DNA of 61,384 nt, counting the filler, from Nanobdellota archaeon (GTDB taxonomy: Archaea > Nanobdellota > Nanobdellia > Woesearchaeales > CAZZGN01): the NCBI GenBank assembly GCA_051819665.1. It is 4 parts of 4 records of this genome, joined end to end, with 100 filler letters (N's around TTAATTAATTAA, not from the genome) between each part and the next. Parts side by side here need not be neighbours in the genome. Positions count along the whole stretch, not along the records: positions 1 to 15,931 come from JBNJDG010000023.1; positions 16,032 to 31,838 come from JBNJDG010000024.1; 2 more parts are not named here. One strand, 5' to 3'. Made by a program: the position numbers and the translations under genes. Under the pieces are notes generated by a model. That model had not been told where the DNA came from. It worked only from the letters and a program-made list of their open reading frames with translations, and did not search any database. Each line of letters starts with the position of its first letter. Position 1 is the stretch's first letter. Positions 9,346 through 19,000 of the stretch are shown in pieces.

Positions 9346-10596
9346 ATGGAACTCAAAAGAGCAAGAGGAGTCAGGGATTTCCCGCCTGAAAAGAAGATAC
9401 TGAGGAACTGGATCACGGATGTATTGAGGAAAAACTTCGAGAAGCACGGCTTCTCCCCTATGGAAACACCCATCATAGAAAGGTTCGATGTACTCTCGGC
9501 AAAGTACGCGGGAGGAGAGGAGATCCTGAAAGAGACATTCCGTTTCAAGGATCAGGGAGACAGGGATCTCGCCCTCAGATATGACCTTACTGTCCCCATG
9601 TGCCGCTATGTGGGTATGAACCCGAAGATAAAGATGCCTTTCAAGAGGTACCAGATAGAGAGAGTCTTCCGTGACGGACCGATAAAACTCGGGAGATACA
9701 GGGAATTCTGGCAGTGCGATGTTGATATCGTAGGCACAGGCTCCATGCTTGCAGAGACACAGCTGATGGAAGTGGCAGATGACTCGTTCAGGGACCTCGG
9801 TCTTCCTGTGACTATCAGGATCAATAACAGAAGGCTTCTCAACGGGATAATGGTAGACTCTGGAATTGAGGATGCTGAGACAGCCATCCTCTCCATAGAC
9901 AAATTAGAGAAATTAGGAAAAGAAGGTGTAAAGAAAGAGCTCTCGGAGAAAGGTATAGAGCCTGAGAAGACCGAGAAAGTTTTCTCATATATAGACAATG
10001 ATAAGATAGATGATATCGAGCTCGAGAGTGAAGAAGGGCAGGAAGGCAAGAGAGAGCTGAAAGAGCTTTTCAAAAACCTCGATAAGGCAGGCATAGAATA
10101 TGAGTTCGATCCGAGCCTGGCAAGAGGATTAAGTTATTACACCGGAACTGTCTACGAGGTCTTCCTTAAAGATGCGAAGATCAAAAGTGCTACCGCTGCC
10201 GGAGGAAGATACGACAGGATGATAGGAGATTTCATCGGCACCGGGCATGAATATCCGGGCGTGGGACTTTCGTTCGGGCTTGAAGTCCTCTCTGATATTC
10301 TTGAGGACAAGGCAGAGAAGATCTCCGTCACAGATGCTTTCATAATACCAATCAATACAGACTGCCTGAGTATAGCGAGACAACTGAGAGAGAAAGGGAT
10401 CAATACAGATATCGACATCATGGGCAGGGGAGTGAGCAAGAACCTAAAGTATGTGAATGCTCATTCGATACCTTTCGCAATAATCATCGGAGAGGAAGAG
10501 ATCAAGAAAGGTGTTGTCAAGCTGAAGAACATGAGAGAAGGCAGTGAAGAGACATTATCTGTCGAAAAAGCGGCTGAAAGGATCAGGACCTCGTAG
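9346..10596 (+). CDS. hisS: Histidine--tRNA ligase
   Basis: RGVRDF, LRYDLTVP, GRYREFWQCD, RGLSYYTG, GGRYD. Confidence 0.98.
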   Translation: MELKRARGVRDFPPEKKILRNWITDVLRKNFEKHGFSPMETPIIERFDVLSAKYAGGEEILKETFRFKDQGDRDLALRYDLTVPMCRYVGMNPKIKMPFKRYQIERVFRDGPIKLGRYREFWQCDVDIVGTGSMLAETQLMEVADDSFRDLGLPVTIRINNRRLLNGIMVDSGIEDAETAILSIDKLEKLGKEGVKKELSEKGIEPEKTEKVFSYIDNDKIDDIELESEEGQEGKRELKELFKNLDKAGIEYEFDPSLARGLSYYTGTVYEVFLKDAKIKSATAAGGRYDRMIGDFIGTGHEYPGVGLSFGLEVLSDILEDKAEKISVTDAFIIPINTDCLSIARQLREKGINTDIDIMGRGVSKNLKYVNAHSIPFAIIIGEEEIKKGVVKLKNMREGSEETLSVEKAAERIRTS

Positions 10597-11464
10597 TCAC
10601 TTCTGTCTCATCATCTATGTAAAGCGTGTGCTCGAACTGGGCAACCATGCCGTCAGCGACTTCAGGAAGGGGAGGATGGCCCCTTATTATACCCGCCTGC
10701 TCAAGCTGCCTTATAGCAAGCTTCACCTGGCCCTTAGAGAATTTCTCCGTCAGCCAGCGATAATTGAAGGGCAGACCATTGAACTTCTTGATCTCCTTCA
10801 GGACTTTCCTCGCCATCATGCTCCTTATCTGTCTATCTGATGCCTGTGAATAAATAGTCGGATTATCCGATTCCTTTATCAACCCCTGGCCATCAGTCCC
10901 GAAAGGTTCTATAGCTATAGACATCCCTTTCTCTAATGTTTTCTCTGAGCCCGTATCATAGTTGGGTATTGATGGAGAGGTGTGAGCATCATACTGGGCA
11001 ACCCCGTGACCGCTAAGGTTCTTTATTGGCGAGAATCCATATCCTGCGAGAGTCTCCTGTATAGCCCTGCCTATCTCACCGAGCTTCGCTCCTGGTTTAG
11101 CCTTTTTTATCGCATTCTCGAGAGCTTCCTCTGTAGCTTCCAGAAGCTTCGTGTATTCCCCTGAGAGGTCTATCGTGACAGCAGTATCACCTATATAGCC
11201 ATCCACATGAGCACCAACATCTACCTTGATTACCTGATCCTCAAGGACAGTATCATCATCTATATCAGCAGCATAATGGGCCGCCACACTGTTAAGGCTC
11301 ATCGTGACAGGGAAAGCCGGCTCTGCACCAAGATCATAGATCTTTTTCTCGAGTATCTCTGTGGCTTCAAGAAGAGTCATGCCGGGTTTTATGATCTCTT
11401 TAGCATGCTCCCTGACTTTAGCCGCTATCTGTCCTGCTTCCTTTAACTTATCAAGATCTGTCAT
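10583..11464 (-). CDS. map: Methionine aminopeptidase type II
   Basis: AAHY, DVGAHVDGYIGDTA, NLSGH, AIEPF, AQFEHT with the type II insert. Confidence 0.97.
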   Translation of the reverse strand: MTDLDKLKEAGQIAAKVREHAKEIIKPGMTLLEATEILEKKIYDLGAEPAFPVTMSLNSVAAHYAADIDDDTVLEDQVIKVDVGAHVDGYIGDTAVTIDLSGEYTKLLEATEEALENAIKKAKPGAKLGEIGRAIQETLAGYGFSPIKNLSGHGVAQYDAHTSPSIPNYDTGSEKTLEKGMSIAIEPFGTDGQGLIKESDNPTIYSQASDRQIRSMMARKVLKEIKKFNGLPFNYRWLTEKFSKGQVKLAIRQLEQAGIIRGHPPLPEVADGMVAQFEHTLYIDDETEVTTRS

Positions 11465-11523
11465 GGGTTTATGGAATACAAGGTTGTTTATTTATTTTGC
11501 CTATAAAGAAGATACCATACAGG

Positions 11524-12771
11524 TTAATTATTCTTACTTTTTCTCTCTACATCCAAAGGACTTATATCACTTCTTATTGCTTTGACTTCCCAATAAAATT
11601 CCTGAGAGTTGTCTCCCTTATAATTTTCATCTATCTTTACAACAAATTCTCCGTCAGTAATCTCTCCGTCAACATACAAAGGACTCCATCCATTCTTAGG
11701 TGTGAGCTGAACAGTTCTGTTGTCTTCCCTTGTTAATTCTTCAAAATACTCCGGTAATGAAACAGTTGCTTTTCCGTCTTCAAGCTTTGCTTCTCCTCTA
11801 TAAAAGACAGCTGCCTCAGGACCCTCAACTGAAGCATGAACCAACTCAGAATTATTTTTTGTAGGATGGTCTATCACAAAGTTTTTAGTGCCCCAGGCTT
11901 CTACATCTTCTTCTACATATAAATCTTCCTCTTTATAAACCTGGAAGGTATCACCAACATCTATGTTTGAGCCACCATAATCTATCTCAAACCAGTCATA
12001 ACCTGTTTGACTCCAGGAAGAACTGTCGCCTGCTGTAGTTATTTCATAAGCATTTCCTGATTCAGCCCCACTAGTCATCAAGACATAATATCCCTGAGGA
12101 TTACCAGAATCAGGAACAGGACTAGGGACTATATCTATAGTAAAATCGATATAATTATCACCCTGAACAGAATTTATAGTAACATCAGATGTATATACAC
12201 CTTCACTTGCTACATGAAGTTTACTAGAAGGGCTGTCTGTCCCGATGCCGACGTTTCCTCCTGTAATATAAGAATCTGCTTCCGCATCCATAAATACTTT
12301 ATTCGTTCCTGTGTTATCCTCTAATACCATCCTCCCCCTTCTACTTCCTGAAACACCACCAAGAGTTAAATCTGTTCTTATATTTCCATTTTCATCCCTA
12401 ATAACAAGCCCTTGGGCATTTTCATCTGGAATTTTTAAATCTAATAATTTCTCTGGACTCGTTGTGCCGATGCCTACGTTTCCTTTACTTGAATCTACAA
12501 AAAAATCACTGGTTCCTACACTAAAATTATAATCTCCTATTTGGACATTAGCATCGCAGAACTTGTTCATTAAATCAGAATACTGTATATCATCTGGCAC
12601 ATCTAATCCGTCCCAGTAATCTGAAGAATTTAGGTCTGTTTTTAAAGAGTCATCTGGATTTATATGAACAGGAGAATATTGTCCACCAGAAGCGTTATAT
12701 CCATAAAGTATGGAAACATTTGAGTCTGCTGCTGAAATTACATTGGTTAACATAACAGCTAATAAAAGCAT
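11524..12771 (-). CDS. Tail-fibre/adhesin-like protein with GNVGIGT motifs and a C-terminal chaperone-like domain
   Basis: Hydrophobic N-terminus, two GNVGIGT motifs, C-terminal KNFVIDHP...LVHASVEGPE...YRG...W-V-AIR domain; start may lie at 12815 with a 1-nt frameshift. Confidence 0.75.
   Translation of the reverse strand: MLLLAVMLTNVISAADSNVSILYGYNASGGQYSPVHINPDDSLKTDLNSSDYWDGLDVPDDIQYSDLMNKFCDANVQIGDYNFSVGTSDFFVDSSKGNVGIGTTSPEKLLDLKIPDENAQGLVIRDENGNIRTDLTLGGVSGSRRGRMVLEDNTGTNKVFMDAEADSYITGGNVGIGTDSPSSKLHVASEGVYTSDVTINSVQGDNYIDFTIDIVPSPVPDSGNPQGYYVLMTSGAESGNAYEITTAGDSSSWSQTGYDWFEIDYGGSNIDVGDTFQVYKEEDLYVEEDVEAWGTKNFVIDHPTKNNSELVHASVEGPEAAVFYRGEAKLEDGKATVSLPEYFEELTREDNRTVQLTPKNGWSPLYVDGEITDGEFVVKIDENYKGDNSQEFYWEVKAIRSDISPLDVERKSKNN
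12455..12483 (-). repeat. Exact 29-bp repeat, copy 1 (coding strand GGAAACGTAGGCATCGGCACAACGAGTCC)
   Basis: Identical to 13908-13936 in a different gene; flanking bases differ. Confidence 0.9.
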
Positions 12772-12804
12772 AAATGCTATTCCTCCACATCCTTTAGTTT
12801 TTCT

Positions 12805-13290
12805 TTATTTGTCATTTTCCTTAAATATCTTTTCGTTTTCGTAGTCTTTTCTGATTCCTCTCACATGGAAATCAACTTCTGTTTTTTCAGAAGATTTAAT
12901 TATAAATCCTGTTTCATTCTTTTCAAAAAACCCGACATCTGCTAAAGAGCCTACAGGGCTAACTGTTACATGATAATCCTCTTTTTCTGACAATACATAA
13001 ACAAAATGCTTTGGGAATTCTACATAGGTTTCATCATTTACATAAGTGTTATTGGTCCATTCAACAACAACTTTTCCTGATTCTGACGAATAATAAACTA
13101 TTTCTGAAGTTTCATTATAATCCTCTACAAAACTAACAGTCCCTGTTCTCGTAATATCTCCTTGAACATCCAACTTCGCTTCTGACCCCGTTGTCCCGAT
13201 ACCTACATTGCCTCCGGAATTTATCCATGAATCTCCATTTCTAACAAATTTGGCTATTCCCCCTATTTTTAATTTATCTTTTGTTTTCAT
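12805..13290 (-). CDS. Truncated fibre-like protein (GNVGIGT motif plus chaperone-like C-terminal domain)
   Basis: 161 aa; C-terminal domain aligns by eye with that of 11524..12771; no hydrophobic signal segment. Confidence 0.65.
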   Translation of the reverse strand: MKTKDKLKIGGIAKFVRNGDSWINSGGNVGIGTTGSEAKLDVQGDITRTGTVSFVEDYNETSEIVYYSSESGKVVVEWTNNTYVNDETYVEFPKHFVYVLSEKEDYHVTVSPVGSLADVGFFEKNETGFIIKSSEKTEVDFHVRGIRKDYENEKIFKENDK

Positions 13291-13291
13291 T

Positions 13292-15445
13292 TTACCACGT
13301 TACAACTGCTTCTTGACTTATATAAGTGCTATCTTTAGCGTTAACTTGGAAATTTCTTCTTGATCCATCTTTACCCGTTGCAAGTATCACAATAGTTGAG
13401 GAGTCTAATCTTTCTGCTCCGTGAATGTGCAGAGGATAACCCGTCATATCTTGAGCTGAACCTGAAAGAATCATAGTGCTCCCTTCAGAATCGAGATATC
13501 TGGCTAAAGCCAAATACCAGTCATCTTGTGTCATAGTAGTAGTTGTATCTATTCTATCAGTTATGGCTCTCCCTTTACTTGCATTTATTTTACCTCTCAC
13601 ATCTAATTTATTCTGTGGGCTCGTTTCTCCGATGCCGACGTTGCCTTCTACAATAACACCATTTGTTGGTGCTTCTACTGTTGGATCACTCTTTTCCAGC
13701 CAACTGCCTCCAAAAACACCTTGTGTAGTATAAAATCCACCATAGGATAGACTTGGTTTTTTGAATGAAGCTGAATGATCTCCTCCAGCGTAAAAATCCA
13801 CTGAACCGGAAGTTACACCGAAACCATAAATATCAGATCCACCATTCTCATATAATGCAAGCTTACCAGATCCAAAAAGATCTGTTCCGAAACTTAAAGG
13901 TTCACTCGGACTCGTTGTGCCGATGCCTACGTTTCCAGCTACGTTTAAATCTCCGCTCATACTATCTCCGGATTCATTCACCCAGTTATCATTGCTTTCG
14001 TCAATGTTGAATGAGTTAGCATAAACTGTCCCATCAACCTCCAAATCATCTGCAATCAAAGCGTCGTTGGTCCCATCTATATTGTCAGCGGTTCCACCTC
14101 CAATATCAAGGGAAGCGGAAGGACTCGTCGTCCCTACACCTACATCTCCCCCCATCACAGACATTGTATTGTCCTGAATGACATTGTAAAAACTATAATC
14201 AAGACCTACAGCAACTGAAGACTGTCCTGAAGCTTCAATATCTCTTCCTAAAGCAGTGGAACCATAACCCCCTGAAGCAGTAGTAGAATCCCCTAAAGCA
14301 GTGGAACCATAACTTCCTGAAGCAACAGTTTCATATCCTATAGCAGTGGAACCACGACCCCCTGAAGAAGTAGAATAACCACCTATCGCTGTGGAGCTCC
14401 AATCTCCTGAAGCAGTTGTAGATTTCCCTAAAGCAACAGCACCATAATCTCCTGAAGCTTCAGTCCCTTCCCCTAAAGAGACAGCATTTATGCCGGATAC
14501 GACACTGCTTTCGCCCCCGGCAATAATGCCGGTGTTGCTTCCTTTTATGTCAAGCTGGGCTGATGGGTTGGTTGTGCCGATGCCGACGTCTCCATCAACA
14601 TTCAGATTCCCGGACATGTTATCTCCGGATTCATTCACCCAGATATCAGTAATAGCAGAGGCATCAATATTATTAATACCAGAACCGTCCCCGTAGATGA
14701 CTCCGTCAACCTCGAGATCATCAGCAACAAGGATGTCATTAGTCCCGTCGATATTATCTGCAGTTCCTCCACCCACATCAAGTAAAGCGGAAGGACTCCC
14801 TGTCCCAATACCAACATCACCGCCTTCCTGGACAAAGATCCCGTCACTACCGGCTTGGTCATAAAGCCCGAGGCCGCTGCTGTTTATAGCCCTCACTACA
14901 CTCGTTTTGACCTCATCAGTTGACATCTCATTTATACTCAGATAGGAGCTGCCATTTACCTCAAGATCTCCCTCTATGAACAGATCTCCCTCATAAGGGA
15001 CCTCAAGATTGGAAGGTGTAGGGCAATTACCATCATCACAGACGAAGAAAGAGCCATTACTAACCTGGATATCCTCTGACATCGTATCTCCGGACAAGCT
15101 CTCGAATCTCCTCCTGTCATTACCATTCCAGTCAATATCATGCCAGCTTCCCGAATGGTTCACCTGAAGGTCCATCCAGTAATACTGGTTATAATTAAGG
15201 TCGAGTGCAGTATCATTGCCTAAGACAACATCAAAATAGCCGTCCTTCACAGCATCATAAAAGACCTTATCATAGATAAGTTCCCCTCCTGAAGCCTCGC
15301 TCCAGATAGAAACATTGATATTACCATCATACACAAGCTCCCCGTCATGGTCAACCTTACCCTGGAAAGGGATCAACTGCTCAACGCCCAGTACAGGCAT
15401 CGCCAGCAACACCACGAAAGAGAGCAACAAAAGATATCTTCTCAA
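13292..15445 (-). CDS. Secreted fibre/adhesin-like protein with five G(N/D)VG(I/V)G motifs and YadA-head-like repeats
   Basis: TTG start after a G-run RBS, signal peptide, repeated GNVGIGT, ASG..S.ALG repeats. Confidence 0.8.
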   Translation of the reverse strand: MRRYLLLLSFVVLLAMPVLGVEQLIPFQGKVDHDGELVYDGNINVSIWSEASGGELIYDKVFYDAVKDGYFDVVLGNDTALDLNYNQYYWMDLQVNHSGSWHDIDWNGNDRRRFESLSGDTMSEDIQVSNGSFFVCDDGNCPTPSNLEVPYEGDLFIEGDLEVNGSSYLSINEMSTDEVKTSVVRAINSSGLGLYDQAGSDGIFVQEGGDVGIGTGSPSALLDVGGGTADNIDGTNDILVADDLEVDGVIYGDGSGINNIDASAITDIWVNESGDNMSGNLNVDGDVGIGTTNPSAQLDIKGSNTGIIAGGESSVVSGINAVSLGEGTEASGDYGAVALGKSTTASGDWSSTAIGGYSTSSGGRGSTAIGYETVASGSYGSTALGDSTTASGGYGSTALGRDIEASGQSSVAVGLDYSFYNVIQDNTMSVMGGDVGVGTTSPSASLDIGGGTADNIDGTNDALIADDLEVDGTVYANSFNIDESNDNWVNESGDSMSGDLNVAGNVGIGTTSPSEPLSFGTDLFGSGKLALYENGGSDIYGFGVTSGSVDFYAGGDHSASFKKPSLSYGGFYTTQGVFGGSWLEKSDPTVEAPTNGVIVEGNVGIGETSPQNKLDVRGKINASKGRAITDRIDTTTTMTQDDWYLALARYLDSEGSTMILSGSAQDMTGYPLHIHGAERLDSSTIVILATGKDGSRRNFQVNAKDSTYISQEAVVTW
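13908..13936 (-). repeat. Exact 29-bp repeat, copy 2
   Basis: Identical to 12455-12483. Confidence 0.9.
14206..14505 (-). repeat. 45-bp (15-aa) tandem repeat, YadA/Hep_Hag head-like
   Basis: CCTGAAG recurs at 14226, 14271, 14316, 14361, 14406 and 14451; protein ASGxYGSTALGxxTx. Confidence 0.85.
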
Positions 15446-15471
15446 ACAAACCCCCCTTTTTTAAGATCCGA

Positions 15472-15627
15472 TTATTCCATGTATTCTTTGAGGCTCTGGT
15501 TCTTCAGGCTTTCTCTCATAAGGCTCTCTACCTTAGTGGAAATCTTCATGCCGTTCGTCTTGCAATACTCTTTGAAGGCCTCAAAGACCTCTTCATCGAT
15601 AGTCATGGATATTTTCTTTTTCGCCAT
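15472..15627 (-). CDS. Small ribbon-helix-helix (CopG/MetJ-like) DNA-binding protein, 51 aa, absent from the ORF track
   Basis: Manual translation MAKKKISMTIDEEVFEAFKEYCKTNGMKISTKVESLMRESLKNQSLKEYME; alternating beta-strand then two helices; TATA-like TTTAAAT upstream. Confidence 0.8.
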   Translation of the reverse strand: MAKKKISMTIDEEVFEAFKEYCKTNGMKISTKVESLMRESLKNQSLKEYME

Positions 15628-15666
15628 ATTTATATAGACTTATACAGAACTCATTTAAATATTTTT

Positions 15667-15931
15667 CTAATTGACGAAGATGTTCGCAGAAGCCCTGAGG
15701 ATAGCTTTCTTATCTGTAGAAGAATAATTCAGAGAAAGACCTTCAAAATCAGCCACCATATCATTAACATCAAGATAGAACGTGCCATTAGTGATCTCAT
15801 CATCACCATAAGGATTCTCTATCCTGTAACGTCCATAACCAGCAGTTATATTGGCAGATGTGAAATTAACAACAAAGTCCCCGTTGTATTCAGTGGAATC
15901 GAACCTTCTCGAAACATTCTCAAACAAGCTC
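15667..15931 (-). CDS. 3' end of a surface/secreted protein (partial, cut by the linker)
   Basis: Open frame up to the N-run; N-x-S/T sequons. Confidence 0.5.
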
Positions 15932-16031
15932 NNNNNNNNNNNNNNNNNNNNNNNNNNNNNNNNNNNNNNNNNNNNTTAATTAATTAANNNNNNNNNNNNN
16001 NNNNNNNNNNNNNNNNNNNNNNNNNNNNNNN
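15932..16031. other. Artificial contig-joining linker
   Basis: 100 bp of N around TTAATTAATTAA (stops in all six frames). Confidence 0.97.
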
Positions 16032-16033
16032 TA

Positions 16034-19000
16034 CTCCTTGTAATACTCCTTATCTGTACTACTTCTGTCTATGCTATAGGCAACCCTGCTGCAGAATTCT
16101 GTACTGATAACGGTAATGACTATAGGAAGAGAACCGACAGCGAAGGTAATGAGTTCGGCGTATGCATTGTCGATGGAAACTTAGTGGATGCCTGGGAGCA
16201 TTTCAGGAAGAACAAGGGAAGTAAAGAAGAAAAAACCTTCTCTCTGATGTCGACTGATGAAGAGCCGGAAGGCCTCAAGTTCAAACAAAGCACCTCAGAA
16301 CCAGATATAACTTACGAGGAAGATTCGCTGAAGGTTAGCTCTGGTTCAGGAGAGACCGATTACAGGGAAGGCAACTGGACAACACCGGTGAAGAACCAAG
16401 GCGAATGTGGTGCATGCTGGGCTTTCTCTGTCATAGGAGTCGCAGATACTATGATGAACCTAAACATCAACGATTCTGACTATGACATGGACCTTTCTGA
16501 ACAGCATCTGACTTCCTGTGATGATAGCTGTTATGATTCCGAGCACTGTCAAGAAGGATGTTCTGGAGGATATCTTGATCTTGCATTCCAGTTTTCAGTC
16601 GATAACGGCATTTTAGAAGAATCATGCTTCCCTTATTCAGAGAGTGACGAACAATGCTCGAACAAATGCAGTGACTGGGAAAATCAACTTTCCGGCGTTG
16701 ATGATTATCTTAAAGTTAACAATAACATTGATTCAGTAAAGTATGCTCTGGATAAATTCGGGCCGGTGAGCATGGCGATGGAAGCATGTGAAAAATTCAA
16801 GAATTACACAGGAGGTGTATATTACAACGAATCCGAACCTGACAGCTGCGGTGGCCATGCGATTGTGTTCGTAGGTTATAATGATACAGGGGAGTATTTT
16901 ATTGGGAAGAACAGCTGGGGGACTAGCTGGGGAGAAGATGGTTACTTCAGGATTCATTATAATGAGAGTGCCGGCGATTATACTGAACTAAAGAACACAC
17001 ATAAAATCCTCTACCTTGATGATGCATACGTGATAAACAACACTGACACAGACAACGATAATTTTACTGATAAGGAAGATAATTGCCCCAAAACAGCTGG
17101 AAATAACAGCGGTTGTCCTGACACTACACCTCCAACAATACACAACATAACCCTCTCTGATTATATATTCAAGAACGGGAGCATGGTTGCGGTTATTGTT
17201 AATGCAACAGACAATTACTCTGTCTCCTCTGTTGAAGCGGAAGGCATAAGCCTCAATCAGAACGGGAGTATCTGGAAGGATAACATCTCCCTGAGTGAGC
17301 CTCCTCTTGAAATCAATGCAACAGACATTAACGGAAATTCGGTGATCAATGACTCCGTAAACTTCACCATCGACGACAAAGCACCAGAGATAGATAATAT
17401 TTCTATAGAACCAAAGATAGCAGGGAACAATACGAACATAAGCCTTGCTTTCGATTATAGAGAGGATCATTTCAGGGAGGCAAATATAACTATTGAAGAC
17501 AAAGCCTTCCATCTGGATAATCATACCAATAACAGCATGAACTTCTCCTATCATGTCAACGGGAGTTTAGGAGAAGGAAATCATAGCATCTCCATGACAA
17601 TCCATGATAAAGCAGGGAATAACAGAACAAGGAACAGCTCATTGATAATCGACCTCTACGGCCCTGTAATAGGATCCATAGAGCCGGAAAAGGAGAGGGT
17701 CAGGACCAATGACACCATCGGAATCATTGTTAATATAACAGAAACCTTCCTTAAGAATGTAACTGCCAATGACGAGGAGCTTGACTGTAATGAAGAGCTA
17801 TGCAATGGAACAATAAAGATCAACAAGTCAACAATCGAAGTATTCGCTGAGGATATCCTCAGCAATAATACCACAATGAACGAGACAATCATTATAGATG
17901 ACAAAGCACCAGAGATAAATATCTCTGCTCCCTCTTATCACAACTCTTACTATGTACCTGTCAATATAACATCAGATGAGAATGTAACATGCAAAATCAA
18001 TGATAAAGATCATGAGCTCAAAAAGAACACCAGTCATAAAAGATATATCTACAGCAAAAACGGGTCAATCAATGCCAGCTGTGAAGACCTGGCCGGGAAT
18101 CCTTCTTTAAACAATACTTCAACCATCATAGATACGGAAAGACCCGAAGTCAACATAACCATAAATGAATCAGGCAAGTATCATAACGAGCCTGTGTTGA
18201 TCAATATAACGGCAACGGACAATAACGAGACCAAAACAGCCCGATGGTATAACAACACATGGGTGAATGAGAGCGAGTTCGTCCTCGATCACAGCCTGGA
18301 AGACGACAGGCTCTATTACAGTGCGATCGACATGGCAGGCAACACCGCTTTCAGAAAAAGCATAGAGCTCGTCTATGATGATGAGAAACCAAAAATCTGG
18401 AACATAAGCGCTGAAAGGAACCTGGCACCTAACCAGGAATTCAGGATTGAAATCTTCACTGATGGTGGTACAGGGAACATAAGCCTTGACAACAAGACCT
18501 ATGAACTGACTGAAGATATGCGATCAGAGCTCAAGGCACCTGAGGAGGATGGAGAATACAAGGCAGATATAAACATCTCCGATCTTGCCGGTAATACTGC
18601 AGGAAGATCTTTCAACATAACCGTGAACTCTTCAGTCCCTTCCATAATACCGAATATAACAAACAATAGTTACATAGAGAACAATTCCCTGCTCGAAGTG
18701 AATCATACAGGAGAACAAGCATGGTACAATATCTCGGGTAAAATAGAGAACCTGACCGGCTCTATAACGATTAACAAGACAACAAACATAACCTTCCACA
18801 GCAATAACTCGGAATACAACACAACGAAAGAATACCGATACATCATCGATGAGAAGAAGCCTGAAATAGATATAACCTCTCATTCAAACAATTCAAGGAT
18901 AAATGGTACATTGGATATAAGAACCAATATCACTGATGAAGCCGGGATAGAGAGCAGAAGCTTACTGATAGACGATGAGCCCCAGCAGGATTTCAGAACA

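Noticed and set aside
14206..14505. Regular 45-bp periodicity resembling a CRISPR array
   Set aside because: In-frame degenerate coding repeat with no unique spacers and no cas genes
15932..16031. TTAATTAATTAA palindrome repeated three times inside N-runs (also 31839-31938 and 46970-47069)
   Set aside because: Identical 100-bp artificial contig linkers, not biological; adjacency across them was not interpreted
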